A DNA stretch of 64,000 nucleotides from Pseudomonadota bacterium. Lineage in GTDB: Bacteria > Pseudomonadota > Alphaproteobacteria > Micavibrionales > UBA2020. The notes beneath the pieces are model-generated. The model ran no database searches. It was not told the DNA's origin and saw only the letters and a list, made by a program, of their open reading frames with translations. Every line of letters begins with the position of its first letter. Within the stretch, counting starts at the first letter, position 1. The translations under genes and the position numbers were made by a program. This document shows positions 33,042-42,081 of this stretch, one piece after another. The stretch lies in NCBI GenBank assembly GCA_021805245.1, contig JAJZFS010000075.1, forward strand, positions 6,872 to 70,871. The letters are read 5' to 3'.

Positions 33042-34712
33042 ATGTCCACAACAGAAACTATCGTCAAGCAGCGCGACCTTTTTCTGGCGTTTGCCTTCGC
33101 GTCCGCCGACCTGCTCATCGAGATCAGTCCTGAAGACAAGATCGGCTTTGTTTCCGGTGCGGTAAAAAAGCTGATCGGCATCGAAGAGACGAGCTTGCGC
33201 GGCCGCCTGTGGACAAATCTGTTTATCGAGGATGACGGCGTCATTTTAAAAGATACCGTCCGTGACATGACCCCGGGCCGGCGGTGCGGCCCGGTGATGG
33301 TGACCCTTAAAAACGGCGAGAGCGTTCTTTTCACGGCCATCAAAATGCCGGAGAAGCAGTCCGTTTATCTCACGCTGGCCGTTCCCAATGCGCTGATGAA
33401 GCGGCATATGGTTCAGGAGAAAACGGCCGCCAGCAAGGAAGAATTCATCAAAACGACGCAAAAGGCGATCAGCGAGGCGATCAAGTCCGGCAAGCAGGTC
33501 GACCTGACGCTGCTCGAGCTGCCCGACTTGCAGGACATGAAAGACCGCATGCCGCCTGAAAAATGGGAAGAAATGCACACGATGATGGCGGACCTCATCA
33601 AATCGGCGGCGATCGACGGCGGTACGGTCACGCAACTGTCCGACAACCGTTACAGCATGCTGCGCGACAAAAACACGGAGCTGGATACGCTGCAGGACCA
33701 GATTTCACAAATGCTGAAGCATATAGATCCCGAGCTGCAGGATACCGTCATCAAAAGCGTCTCCGTCGACGCCAACATCGGCAATCTGAACGATAAAGAG
33801 GCCTCGCGCGCGCTGCTTTATACGCTAAATGCGTTTGAAAAGTCAGGCGCGGATGCGAAGGTCAAGAATATGAAGGAAGGTTTTTCGGGCTTCCTGCAGG
33901 AGAGCAAGGACAAGATACAGGCTTTCAAGAAAATGGTCGCGGAGAAAAACTTCACTTTCAACTTCCAGCCGATCGTTTATCTCAACGGTCTCGGCATTTC
34001 GCATTACGAGGTTCTGACCCGCTTTCCCGAGGGGGGGTCGCCTTATGACCTGATCACCTTCGGCGAGGCGGTCGGGCTGGCGATGGATTTCGATCTGGCC
34101 GTTTGCAAGAAGGCCATCGACTACATCTCTAAACTGCCCAAAAACCCCAAAAACAACAGATTCACGCTCAACGTCTCGGGCCAGTCCATCGAAAACGACC
34201 AGTTCGTCAGCGATTTGCGGCGCCTGCTCGACATGTACAAGCTGGAGCAAGGCGCGGTCACCTTTGAAATAACCGAGTCCGCCTGCATCCAGAACCTGGA
34301 AAAGGTGAACAACGTCATCGGCCTGCTGCAGAGCGACGGGTTCGGCGTATGTCTCGACGATTTCGGCGCCGGCTCCGCCTCCTATCAATATCTGCAGAAA
34401 TTGCAGGTCGACTTCATCAAGCTGGACGGCGCCTACGTCCAGCATATCTTCGATACGCCCAAGGACCAGATGATCGTGCGCCACCTCGCGCAGCTCTGTG
34501 CCGACCTCAAGGTCGGCATGGTGGCCGAGCGCATCGAGACGGCCAAAGAAGCCATGCTGCTCAAGAGCATGGGTATCGGCTACGGACAGGGCTACTGGTT
34601 TTCCAAACCGCGCGCCGCCCCGGATTATGCGGTCGATCAGGACAAGGCCGCGGAAATGAAAAACAGCCCGGTGCAAATCACGCAAGGAAAAGCGGGCGGG
34701 TCCGCGTCATAG
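33042..34712 (+). CDS. c-di-GMP phosphodiesterase-type protein: PAS-like domain, degenerate GGDEF domain, EAL domain
   Basis: The EAL-domain motifs are QPIV...HYEVLTRF, NVS, EITE, DDFGAG and KLDG...QGY. The middle domain aligns to GGDEF, but the signature is replaced by LSDNRYSML. Confidence 0.85.
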   Translation: MSTTETIVKQRDLFLAFAFASADLLIEISPEDKIGFVSGAVKKLIGIEETSLRGRLWTNLFIEDDGVILKDTVRDMTPGRRCGPVMVTLKNGESVLFTAIKMPEKQSVYLTLAVPNALMKRHMVQEKTAASKEEFIKTTQKAISEAIKSGKQVDLTLLELPDLQDMKDRMPPEKWEEMHTMMADLIKSAAIDGGTVTQLSDNRYSMLRDKNTELDTLQDQISQMLKHIDPELQDTVIKSVSVDANIGNLNDKEASRALLYTLNAFEKSGADAKVKNMKEGFSGFLQESKDKIQAFKKMVAEKNFTFNFQPIVYLNGLGISHYEVLTRFPEGGSPYDLITFGEAVGLAMDFDLAVCKKAIDYISKLPKNPKNNRFTLNVSGQSIENDQFVSDLRRLLDMYKLEQGAVTFEITESACIQNLEKVNNVIGLLQSDGFGVCLDDFGAGSASYQYLQKLQVDFIKLDGAYVQHIFDTPKDQMIVRHLAQLCADLKVGMVAERIETAKEAMLLKSMGIGYGQGYWFSKPRAAPDYAVDQDKAAEMKNSPVQITQGKAGGSAS

Positions 34713-34760
34713 GCAAAGAACCGGCGGCGGCCGGCCTTGCTTTAAGGGCGCCGTTTGCGG

Positions 34761-36113
34761 CTAGCCCGCTTCCCGCTTGCGGACGATTTCTTTCGAAGCA
34801 GGATCGCCCTCGGTGTCTTTCTGGTAGTATTTCGCCCAGGCGTTGTTGAGCGAGAAGACGAGTTTTTTTCCGACGACTTTTTCGAGCCACAGAGGCAGCA
34901 TGAATTTCCGGTCGCCGCGGAAATATTCGTAGTAATGGTGATCGTCCCATGCCGCGCTATTGGTGCTGTGCCGCGCAACGAAATCGCCGCAGAACGTCGC
35001 CCACGGCAGGCCGACGCAGCCGAGAACGAAGTGCAGCCACGGCGTTTTGTCCGCGTGAATGATCGTCGGGAGCAGATCGCGGGTCGTGTCGATCCGTCCC
35101 GGCCAGTACTGGATGAACTCCAGATCGCGCAGCATGGGAAATTTTTCCTTGAAGCGGCGGTGGACGCTGTCGATGACCCGCTCGGAATTGACGTTGTTCT
35201 GCGCGTAGGTCGTGAGTATGTCGCCGCCGCCGAGCAGCAGCCGGTTGTCGCCCGTGAGGCGGAAATAGCTATAGACAAGGGTGGAATCCCAGCATTGGAA
35301 CCGCCCTGCCGGAAAGGCCTGACTGATTTTTTTGTCGCTGACCGGCTCGCTGATCGAAAGGAACGTTTCGGCGTGATAGACGCGGTCGGCAACGGGACTG
35401 AGCGACGGATCGAGCTTGTCGGCGCAGAAGATGATCTGGTCCGCGGTGACGGAGCCGAGATGGGTTTGCGCGCAATGATCGGCGACGGAGACGACTTCGG
35501 ACGCCTCGTAGAGGTGCGCGCCGTGATCGAGCAAAACCCTTTTCAGCCCCTGACAGTAGCGCATCGAGTTGATGCCCGCCGTATTCGGATAGCGCACCGC
35601 GCCGGAATAGGCCGTGGAGCCGATGACGCTTTTCACCTCTTCCTTGTCATACAGGGTTTGCGCGAAACCGACGGATTTGCGCGCTTCCATCTCCGCCTTG
35701 ATGTCGCTCCACCCGTCCGCGCCGATGCCGAGAAACAGGGAATCCTGCATTTGATAGTCGCAATCGATGTCGTATTTCTTCACGTTTGCGCCGATAATGT
35801 CTGCGCCTTTTTGTCCCGCGCCCCACAGGTCGAGCGCGCCCGTTGTGCCGAACCGCCTGATGAGGTCGGCGAGTTCAAGCTCGCTGTCCGGCGTCAAAAA
35901 CCCCGAGCTTTTTCCCGAAGAGCTGCCGCCGCAGATGTTTTTTTCGAGAATGACGACGTTGAGGCCTTTGTCCATCAGCGCCGTCGCGGCGGTGAGACCC
36001 GCCACGCCCGCGCCGACAATCAGCACATCGGCCTTGATATCCGTCGTCAACGGCGGGCTGATCGGATTTTCCACGCCGAGCAGAGTCGTGAACCACCAGT
36101 TTTGAAGCAGCAT
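34761..36113 (-). CDS. FAD-dependent oxidoreductase (DAO family)
   Basis: It carries the dinucleotide fold DVLIVGAGVAGLTAATAL...VVILEK. GGGGAGGA lies 4 nt before the ATG. The gene starts 15 nt downstream of the gnd stop. Confidence 0.75.
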   Translation of the reverse strand: MLLQNWWFTTLLGVENPISPPLTTDIKADVLIVGAGVAGLTAATALMDKGLNVVILEKNICGGSSSGKSSGFLTPDSELELADLIRRFGTTGALDLWGAGQKGADIIGANVKKYDIDCDYQMQDSLFLGIGADGWSDIKAEMEARKSVGFAQTLYDKEEVKSVIGSTAYSGAVRYPNTAGINSMRYCQGLKRVLLDHGAHLYEASEVVSVADHCAQTHLGSVTADQIIFCADKLDPSLSPVADRVYHAETFLSISEPVSDKKISQAFPAGRFQCWDSTLVYSYFRLTGDNRLLLGGGDILTTYAQNNVNSERVIDSVHRRFKEKFPMLRDLEFIQYWPGRIDTTRDLLPTIIHADKTPWLHFVLGCVGLPWATFCGDFVARHSTNSAAWDDHHYYEYFRGDRKFMLPLWLEKVVGKKLVFSLNNAWAKYYQKDTEGDPASKEIVRKREAG

Positions 36114-36128
36114 ATGTCCTCCCCAGTG

Positions 36129-37106
36129 TTATTTCTTTGGTTCCGTATGGCCGCCGAAGCCGAAACGCATGGCGGAGAGGATCTTCTCCCCGAACGTGTG
36201 GCCCTGACGCGAGCGGAACCGCGCGAACAGCGACGATGCAAGCACCGGCGCGGCCACGGCTTCTTCCACCGCGGCATCGACCGTCCAGCGGCCTTCGCCG
36301 GAGTCCGCGACGTCGCCGCTGAAGCCCGAGAGGGCTTCGTCGGCGGCTAGCGCGGCGGCGGTGAGATCGAGCAGCCACGAGGTCACGACGCTGCCGCGCC
36401 GCCACACCTCCGCGATGTCGCCGAGATTCAGGTCAAAACGCTGGTCTTCCGGCAAGGCCGCACTGTTTCTGTTCTTGAGGATGTCGAAGCCTTCCGCATA
36501 AGCCTGCATCATGCCGTATTCGATACCGTTGTGGATCATCTTGACGAAGTGGCCCGCGCCGGCGGGGCCGCAGTGCAGATAGCCCTGCTCCGCCGTCGGG
36601 TTGCGCGCCTCGCGGTTGGGCGTGCGGGGAATGTCGCCTGCACCGGGGGCCAGCGCGGAGAGGATGGGATTGATGTGCTTCACCGCATCCGTCTCGCCGC
36701 CGATCATCAGGCAGTAGCCGCGCTCCAGACCCCAGACGCCGCCGGAGGTGCCGACGTCGATATAGACGATGCCGCGTTCCCGCAAGGTTTGGGCGCGGCG
36801 GACATCGTCTTTATAAAGCGTGTTGCCGCCGTCGATGATCATGTCTCCGGCTTGCAGGAGGTTGCCAAGCTCTGTCACCGTTTCTTCGGTGATTTTTCCT
36901 GCAGGCAGCATGACCCAGACGATGCGCGGGGCTTGCAGTTGTTTCACCATATCGGCGAGATTTCCCGCCCGCGCGGCGCCTCGAGCGGCAAGCGCCTTGA
37001 CGGCGTCCGCATTTTTATCGTAGACGACGCAGTTGTGGCCGTGTTTCATGAGGCGCAGGGCGATATTCCCGCCCATCCGTCCGAGGCCAACGATACCAAG
37101 TTGCAT
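36129..37106 (-). CDS. gnd: 6-phosphogluconate dehydrogenase (decarboxylating), short form
   Basis: [19 protein letters not shown], ...IDGGN..., ...[19 protein letters not shown].... AGGAG lies 6 nt before the ATG. Confidence 0.85.
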   Translation of the reverse strand: MQLGIVGLGRMGGNIALRLMKHGHNCVVYDKNADAVKALAARGAARAGNLADMVKQLQAPRIVWVMLPAGKITEETVTELGNLLQAGDMIIDGGNTLYKDDVRRAQTLRERGIVYIDVGTSGGVWGLERGYCLMIGGETDAVKHINPILSALAPGAGDIPRTPNREARNPTAEQGYLHCGPAGAGHFVKMIHNGIEYGMMQAYAEGFDILKNRNSAALPEDQRFDLNLGDIAEVWRRGSVVTSWLLDLTAAALAADEALSGFSGDVADSGEGRWTVDAAVEEAVAAPVLASSLFARFRSRQGHTFGEKILSAMRFGFGGHTEPKK

Positions 37107-37219
37107 GCCGCGCTCCTGTCTGGCGGTTTTTGGGAATGGCATCGGACTGCGATGCCTTGGCGTTCCCTTAGTTTCGGTCTAAAATCGCAGTGAAAGCAAG
37201 GGTGGATTGGAGAATTTTT

Positions 37220-37729
37220 ATGATCGTCGTGTTAATGGGCGTGATGGGCGCGGGCAAGACGGCCGTCGGGACGGTGCTGGCCGGGGAGATGGGGGTGCAA
37301 TTTATCGATGCGGACGACCATCATTCTGCAAAAAACAAGGAAAAGATGCGCGACGGGATTCCACTCGACGACGCAGACCGCAAGCCGTGGCTGGAGACAT
37401 TGAATGGACTGCTGCGGCAGTGGCATGAGTCGGGTTCGGGCGGGGTGATGGCCTGTTCGGCGCTGAAAGAGCAATACCGCGTGGTTTTGCGCGGCGGCAT
37501 GCCCGCGGGTGCGGTGCGTTTCGTCATGCTGGATGCGGAAAAGGAACTGCTGGCCAAAAGGCTCGCCGCGCGCAGTCATGAATATATGAACAATGGCCTG
37601 CTGCAAAGCCAGCTCGAGACACTGGAGCCGCCGCAGGATGCGCTAGTGATTATGAACGACCGTCCGCCGCGCGCCATCGCCGCCGAAATTATGCGGCAAC
37701 TGCAGCATGCCCCCTTTGGCGCTGCTTGA
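37220..37729 (+). CDS. gntK: Gluconokinase
   Basis: It has the P-loop GVMGAGKT, and DADDHHSAKNKEKMRDGIPLDDADRKPWL matches the gluconate-kinase signature region. GGAG lies 7 nt before the ATG. Confidence 0.85.
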   Translation: MIVVLMGVMGAGKTAVGTVLAGEMGVQFIDADDHHSAKNKEKMRDGIPLDDADRKPWLETLNGLLRQWHESGSGGVMACSALKEQYRVVLRGGMPAGAVRFVMLDAEKELLAKRLAARSHEYMNNGLLQSQLETLEPPQDALVIMNDRPPRAIAAEIMRQLQHAPFGAA

Positions 37730-37774
37730 AAAAACAACCGGATTGAATCAATATAGTAAAAAAGCAGGGGCTCC

Positions 37775-38293
37775 ATGAATACGATTAGTCGCCTTTATCA
37801 CCGGCTGCAGGAAGAAGAAATCGATCTTCTAAAACAACTGCGCGACAAGCGCCGCGCGCGGCTGGAACGTCCGGAGTATACCGCGCCCCAACTGAGCTTT
37901 GGCGACCGCATCGCCGACGGCGTGGCTTCGACGATGGGCTCGTGGCCGTTCATCATCACCCAGAGCATCATTTTGATCGGCTGGATGATCCTGAACATCA
38001 CCGCCTACATGCATCATTGGGATCCTTACCCCTTTATTCTGCTCAATCTGGCGCTGTCGTTTCAGGCGGCCTATGCCGCGCCCTTTATCATGATGAGCCA
38101 GAACCGGCAGGCGGCGCTCGATCGGCGCGATGCACAGCATGATTATGACGTGAATATCAAGGCGGAACTGGAAATCGAGCTGCTGCACCAGAAGATCGAC
38201 CAGCTGCGGGCGACGGAAGTGCAGGAGCTGATCGATCTCATCAAGAAGCTTGAAGCGGCGCTGACCGCTGCCCGCGGCACCGACGAAGGGTGA
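37775..38293 (+). CDS. DUF1003-family membrane protein
   Basis: FGDRIADGVASTMGSWPFIITQ... and ...WDPYPFILLNLALSFQAAYAAPFIMMSQNRQ match the conserved DUF1003 core. Confidence 0.7.
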   Translation: MNTISRLYHRLQEEEIDLLKQLRDKRRARLERPEYTAPQLSFGDRIADGVASTMGSWPFIITQSIILIGWMILNITAYMHHWDPYPFILLNLALSFQAAYAAPFIMMSQNRQAALDRRDAQHDYDVNIKAELEIELLHQKIDQLRATEVQELIDLIKKLEAALTAARGTDEG

Positions 38294-38297
38294 CCGT

Positions 38298-39956
38298 TTA
38301 GGGTTTCGGCTTTTTGTTCTGGTTGGCGGCGGGCTTTTGCTGCGGCGCCGGCGCGTCCGGATCATACATCATTTTTGCGAGAAACGCCGGAATGTCTTTG
38401 GGCAGCGGCAGGCCGGCAAGATTTTGGGCCGCCGCCGTCTTCATCACCGCCTCGGCGATTTTGGCCGAGGCCTTGCGGATGTTTTCCAGGGGCGGATAGA
38501 GCGTGCCCGCGTCCAGATCGTCTTTCGTGACTTCGTTCGAGAGCGCTTTCGCGGCGGCGAGGAACATTTCGTCGGTGACGCGGCTGGATTCACAGGCCAG
38601 CGCGCCGAGCGCGATGCCGGGAAATATATAGGCGTTGTTGGCCTGCCCCGGTTTGAACGTCTGCCCGTCCTGCGTCACCGGCGCAAAGGGGCTGCCGGTC
38701 GCGAACAGCGCCTTGCCCTTGCTCCATTCATAAGCCTGCTCCGCCGTACATTCTGATTGCGGCGTCGGATTGGACAGCGCGAAGATCAGCGGGCGGTCAT
38801 TGATGTCCGCCATCGCTGCGATAATCTCCTGCGTGAAGGCGCCGCCCTTGCCGGTCGCGCCGATCAGCGTTTGCGGCTTCACCTCTTTGACGGTCTCGAG
38901 GAGATTCATCGGCGCGTGTTTTTTGGCGTAGAGCTTCTTTTGCGGCGTGAGGTTTTTGCTCTCTTCGGTCACGAGGCCCTTGCTGTCCACCAGCCAGATG
39001 CGGTCGCGGGCCTCCTCCGTCGTCAGCCCTGCTTCTTCCAGCGCCTTGACGACGAGATCGGCGATGCCGATGTTGGCGGTGCCCGCGCCGAGAAAAACGA
39101 AACGCTGGTCTTTCAAGCCTTCTTTGTTGACTTTCAGCGCCGTATAGACGCCCGCCAGCACAACGGCCGCCGTGCCTTGAATGTCGTCGTTGAAGGACAG
39201 GGTTTTAGCGCGGTAATCATTGAGCAGTTTATAGGCGTTGTCGCCGTAAAAGTCCTCGAACTGGACGAGCGCTTTGGGGTATTTGTCGTTGACGGCGTCG
39301 ATGAACTCCTGCATCAACTCGAAATAGGCCGCGCCCTGCAGCCGTTTTTGCCGTACGCCGCCATAAAGCGGGTCTTTCAAAAGCTCTTCATTGTTTGTGC
39401 CGATATCAAACATCACCGGCATGGATTTTTTCGGGTCGAGCCCGCCGCACAGCGTATAAAGCGCGAGCTTGCCGACGGGAATTCCCATGCCGTTCGCGCC
39501 GAGGTCGCCGAGGCCGAGGATACGCTCGCCGTCGGTGATAACGATGGAGCGCACGTCCTTTTCCGGCCACTGGTCGAGCTTTCGGCGGATTTTTCCCTTG
39601 TCGGCGGGCGTGATGGTCAGGCCTTTCGGTTCACTGAAGATATGCGAGAACTTCTGGCAGGCTTCGCCCACGGTCGGCGTGTAAATCAGCGGCATGATTT
39701 CCGCGATATGGCGCAGCGCGAGGGAGTAAAAAAGTTTTTCATCGCGCTGTTGCAGTACGGAGAGATAAAGATATTTTTCGATGTCGGATTTTTTCTGCCG
39801 CAGCTGGTCGAGAACCGTCTGCGCGTGTTCATCTTGCGCAGGCGCGGCGTGGTCGTGCCGTTTCTTGCGCGTTGCCCGCATTACGGGCCACTGCGCGGCG
39901 CGTCTCATGAACTGGTCGCGCAGGTGCGCTGAAAACGTATTGAAATGGTACTTCAT
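38298..39956 (-). CDS. maeA: NAD(P)-dependent malic enzyme with a Lys/Pro/Gln-rich C-terminal tail
   Basis: It has VITDGERILGLGDLG, FNDDIQGTA and FLGAGTANIGIA. The tail is ...DPDAPAPQQKPAANQNKKPKP*. Confidence 0.9.
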   Translation of the reverse strand: MKYHFNTFSAHLRDQFMRRAAQWPVMRATRKKRHDHAAPAQDEHAQTVLDQLRQKKSDIEKYLYLSVLQQRDEKLFYSLALRHIAEIMPLIYTPTVGEACQKFSHIFSEPKGLTITPADKGKIRRKLDQWPEKDVRSIVITDGERILGLGDLGANGMGIPVGKLALYTLCGGLDPKKSMPVMFDIGTNNEELLKDPLYGGVRQKRLQGAAYFELMQEFIDAVNDKYPKALVQFEDFYGDNAYKLLNDYRAKTLSFNDDIQGTAAVVLAGVYTALKVNKEGLKDQRFVFLGAGTANIGIADLVVKALEEAGLTTEEARDRIWLVDSKGLVTEESKNLTPQKKLYAKKHAPMNLLETVKEVKPQTLIGATGKGGAFTQEIIAAMADINDRPLIFALSNPTPQSECTAEQAYEWSKGKALFATGSPFAPVTQDGQTFKPGQANNAYIFPGIALGALACESSRVTDEMFLAAAKALSNEVTKDDLDAGTLYPPLENIRKASAKIAEAVMKTAAAQNLAGLPLPKDIPAFLAKMMYDPDAPAPQQKPAANQNKKPKP

Positions 39957-40169
39957 ATTTTTTCAGCTTATAGGAAACACAAGACGGCGCAAGGACTGTC
40001 ACGCCGGCACCTGTGTATTTTAAGATATTGCAGCGCAGCAAAAAAGATGCAGAAATGACCCGCGATAAAAATGATGACCGGAACAATGAGGCGGTGCTGA
40101 AACTTGAGATCATGGTTTTCAAGCACTTCTGCGGGGAGACGTGGGCTTGGTCTTTTTGTTACGGGTTCG

Positions 40170-40198
40170 TTGACAATGCCTATAGCGAGGGGTATTAA
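40170..40198 (+). promoter_or_regulatory. Candidate sigma70-type promoter for the 430-aa orphan gene
   Basis: TTGACA, a 17-nt spacer, then TATTAA, about 60 nt upstream of the ATG at 40258. Confidence 0.4.
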
Positions 40199-40257
40199 TC
40201 ATAAAATTTTTTTAACATGGGGCAATATCCGCAATTCAGCAGTAAAAGGATAATACT

Positions 40258-41550
40258 ATGAAAAATAACAGGATGGTCGTTTATAAGCTGGCAGGCCGCA
40301 GCCTTGCCGCCGCCATGCGTCTGGAAGAGGAGCTGCGCCGCGAGCTCAAAACCGTGCCGGTTGTGCATGCGGGCACTTTCAAGGATATCGGTGATAGCTG
40401 GAACGCGCTCTATAAAGGGTTGCTGGCGCGGCTGGAGCAGGAAGCGCCGGAGGTGCTGGAACTGACCGGTCTCAACGCCCGCGCCGTGCAAGTCTTCCAA
40501 GAGCCGCAGACTCTGCCGCGCGCCTATGCCGAGGCGCCGCATATTTTCCTCTCGCCGGAAAAGAATCCGGAATACTTCATGTATGTGCCGGTCGATTACA
40601 AGGGGCGGTATTTCGCACCCGCCGACGGCATAAAACTCAATGCAAAGGAAGAACAGATCACGGGCGACCGTCTGTTCGCAGGCGGCTGGCTCGGCAATGC
40701 GCCGATTGTTGCGGTGACGAAGCAGGGCGTCGCCACGCCGGCGGATTATACGCCGCCGCCGAAAAGTGCGCTGAGGAAAGCCTTCCCTTATATGCCGAAC
40801 GACCGCGTCTGTTTTCTGGCTGCAGGGCGCAGCCTCGCAGCCGTGGCTGATTACAACGCACGCAAGGAAGAATGGCAGCGCTGCCTTAAAGCGGCCTGCC
40901 ACGCGATAGAGGCGGCGGTCGAGCAGGATAAGCCGAAAATTCTGGCGGCGTTACCGGCCGGTGAAGATGTGCGCATCAGCGCGACCTATAGCTACTATAG
41001 CAACGGCGGCGGCAAGGCGGGCTTGCTGCTCTCCGTCCGCCGCGAAGGCAAGGACAATCTCTGGAACGCGGGCAAGACCGTGCCGGTGCCGCCTTCGCCC
41101 GCCTTTACGCAGGAAGAGCGCGGCGGCGGGGAATATATCGTCAAAGCGCGCACCGATACGCCCGAAGGGCGCCGTCTTGCCGTAGTTATCAATGCCATTC
41201 CGGATACGCCGGGTCTTGGCGATTATGCCGACCTGCGCGGGAATTTTGACATCAGGCAAGACGACATCGGCAAGGCGCTGGGCGTGAACGGTGTCATACC
41301 GCAGGTCGCCGAACTTGCGGGGCGGACGTTGCTGATCTACAGCGCCGCGCCGAAAAGCAAGAAAAGCGGATTTTGCCCGCCGGACGCCACGCCGTTTCCG
41401 GCTTTTGCCTACGCATGGCTGCGCAAAGATGAGGAGGATATCAGAATGGGCACCACGCCGCCGCCGATGCCGAAGGCCGTGGCTGACGCTCTGGCGAAGC
41501 CGCTAGAGCCTGTGAAGCGCCGCCGCAAAAACAATCCGCCCCGCCCCTGA
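40258..41550 (+). CDS. Hypothetical protein (430 aa), no domain recognised
   Basis: This is a long ORF whose amino-acid composition looks like the neighbouring real genes. AAGGA lies upstream, a promoter-like element sits at 40170, and the downstream gene starts 2 nt after its stop. I see no TM segment or signal peptide. The tail is ..PVKRRRKNNPPRP*. Confidence 0.6.
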   Translation: MKNNRMVVYKLAGRSLAAAMRLEEELRRELKTVPVVHAGTFKDIGDSWNALYKGLLARLEQEAPEVLELTGLNARAVQVFQEPQTLPRAYAEAPHIFLSPEKNPEYFMYVPVDYKGRYFAPADGIKLNAKEEQITGDRLFAGGWLGNAPIVAVTKQGVATPADYTPPPKSALRKAFPYMPNDRVCFLAAGRSLAAVADYNARKEEWQRCLKAACHAIEAAVEQDKPKILAALPAGEDVRISATYSYYSNGGGKAGLLLSVRREGKDNLWNAGKTVPVPPSPAFTQEERGGGEYIVKARTDTPEGRRLAVVINAIPDTPGLGDYADLRGNFDIRQDDIGKALGVNGVIPQVAELAGRTLLIYSAAPKSKKSGFCPPDATPFPAFAYAWLRKDEEDIRMGTTPPPMPKAVADALAKPLEPVKRRRKNNPPRP

Positions 41551-41552
41551 GC

Positions 41553-42077
41553 ATGATGCCGGAAAGGACGCCGCGCCGAATGAGATATTTTCTGGTTTTG
41601 ATGCTGTTGTTTTTGTCCGCGCCAACGGCGCGTGCCGCGCAAATCAGGATAGAAGACGCTTTTTCGCCGCGCGAAGGCGCATCGCATCTGGTCGAGAACA
41701 CGATCTATGACGCGAAAAAATCCATTGTCGTCGCGGCCTATTCCTTTACGTCGAAGCCGATCGCCCGCGCGCTGGCCGCGGCGCATGACCACGGCGTCGA
41801 TGTGCGCGTTGTGCTGGACGGGAATCAGTACAACCACAAGATGGACGCCTATTTGCTGGAACACGGCATCCCTGTGCGCATCAGCAAGCAGTATAATCTC
41901 ATGCACAACAAGTTCATGGTGATCGACGGCAAAACCGTGGAACTGGGCAGCTTCAACTACACCTATTCAGCCGAATACGACAACGCCGAGAACGTCATGG
42001 TCGTCCACAACGCCGGCGGCATCGCGGCCGATTATGTCCGGCAGTGGCAAAAGATATGGGACGGCGCGCGCGGCTGA
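41553..42077 (+). CDS. Secreted PLD-superfamily protein (Nuc-like endonuclease / small phospholipase D)
   Basis: The signal peptide is MRYFLVLMLLFLSAPTARA|AQ. A single HKD motif, HNKFMVIDGKTVELGSFNYT, is present. The size and architecture resemble Nuc. The real start may be 41580. Confidence 0.85.
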   Translation: MMPERTPRRMRYFLVLMLLFLSAPTARAAQIRIEDAFSPREGASHLVENTIYDAKKSIVVAAYSFTSKPIARALAAAHDHGVDVRVVLDGNQYNHKMDAYLLEHGIPVRISKQYNLMHNKFMVIDGKTVELGSFNYTYSAEYDNAENVMVVHNAGGIAADYVRQWQKIWDGARG

Positions 42078-42081
42078 CCGT

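Noticed and set aside
34755-36350. A 531-aa plus-strand ORF opposite the FAD oxidoreductase and the gnd 3' end
   Set aside because: It has shadow-ORF composition and spans two real genes on the other strand.
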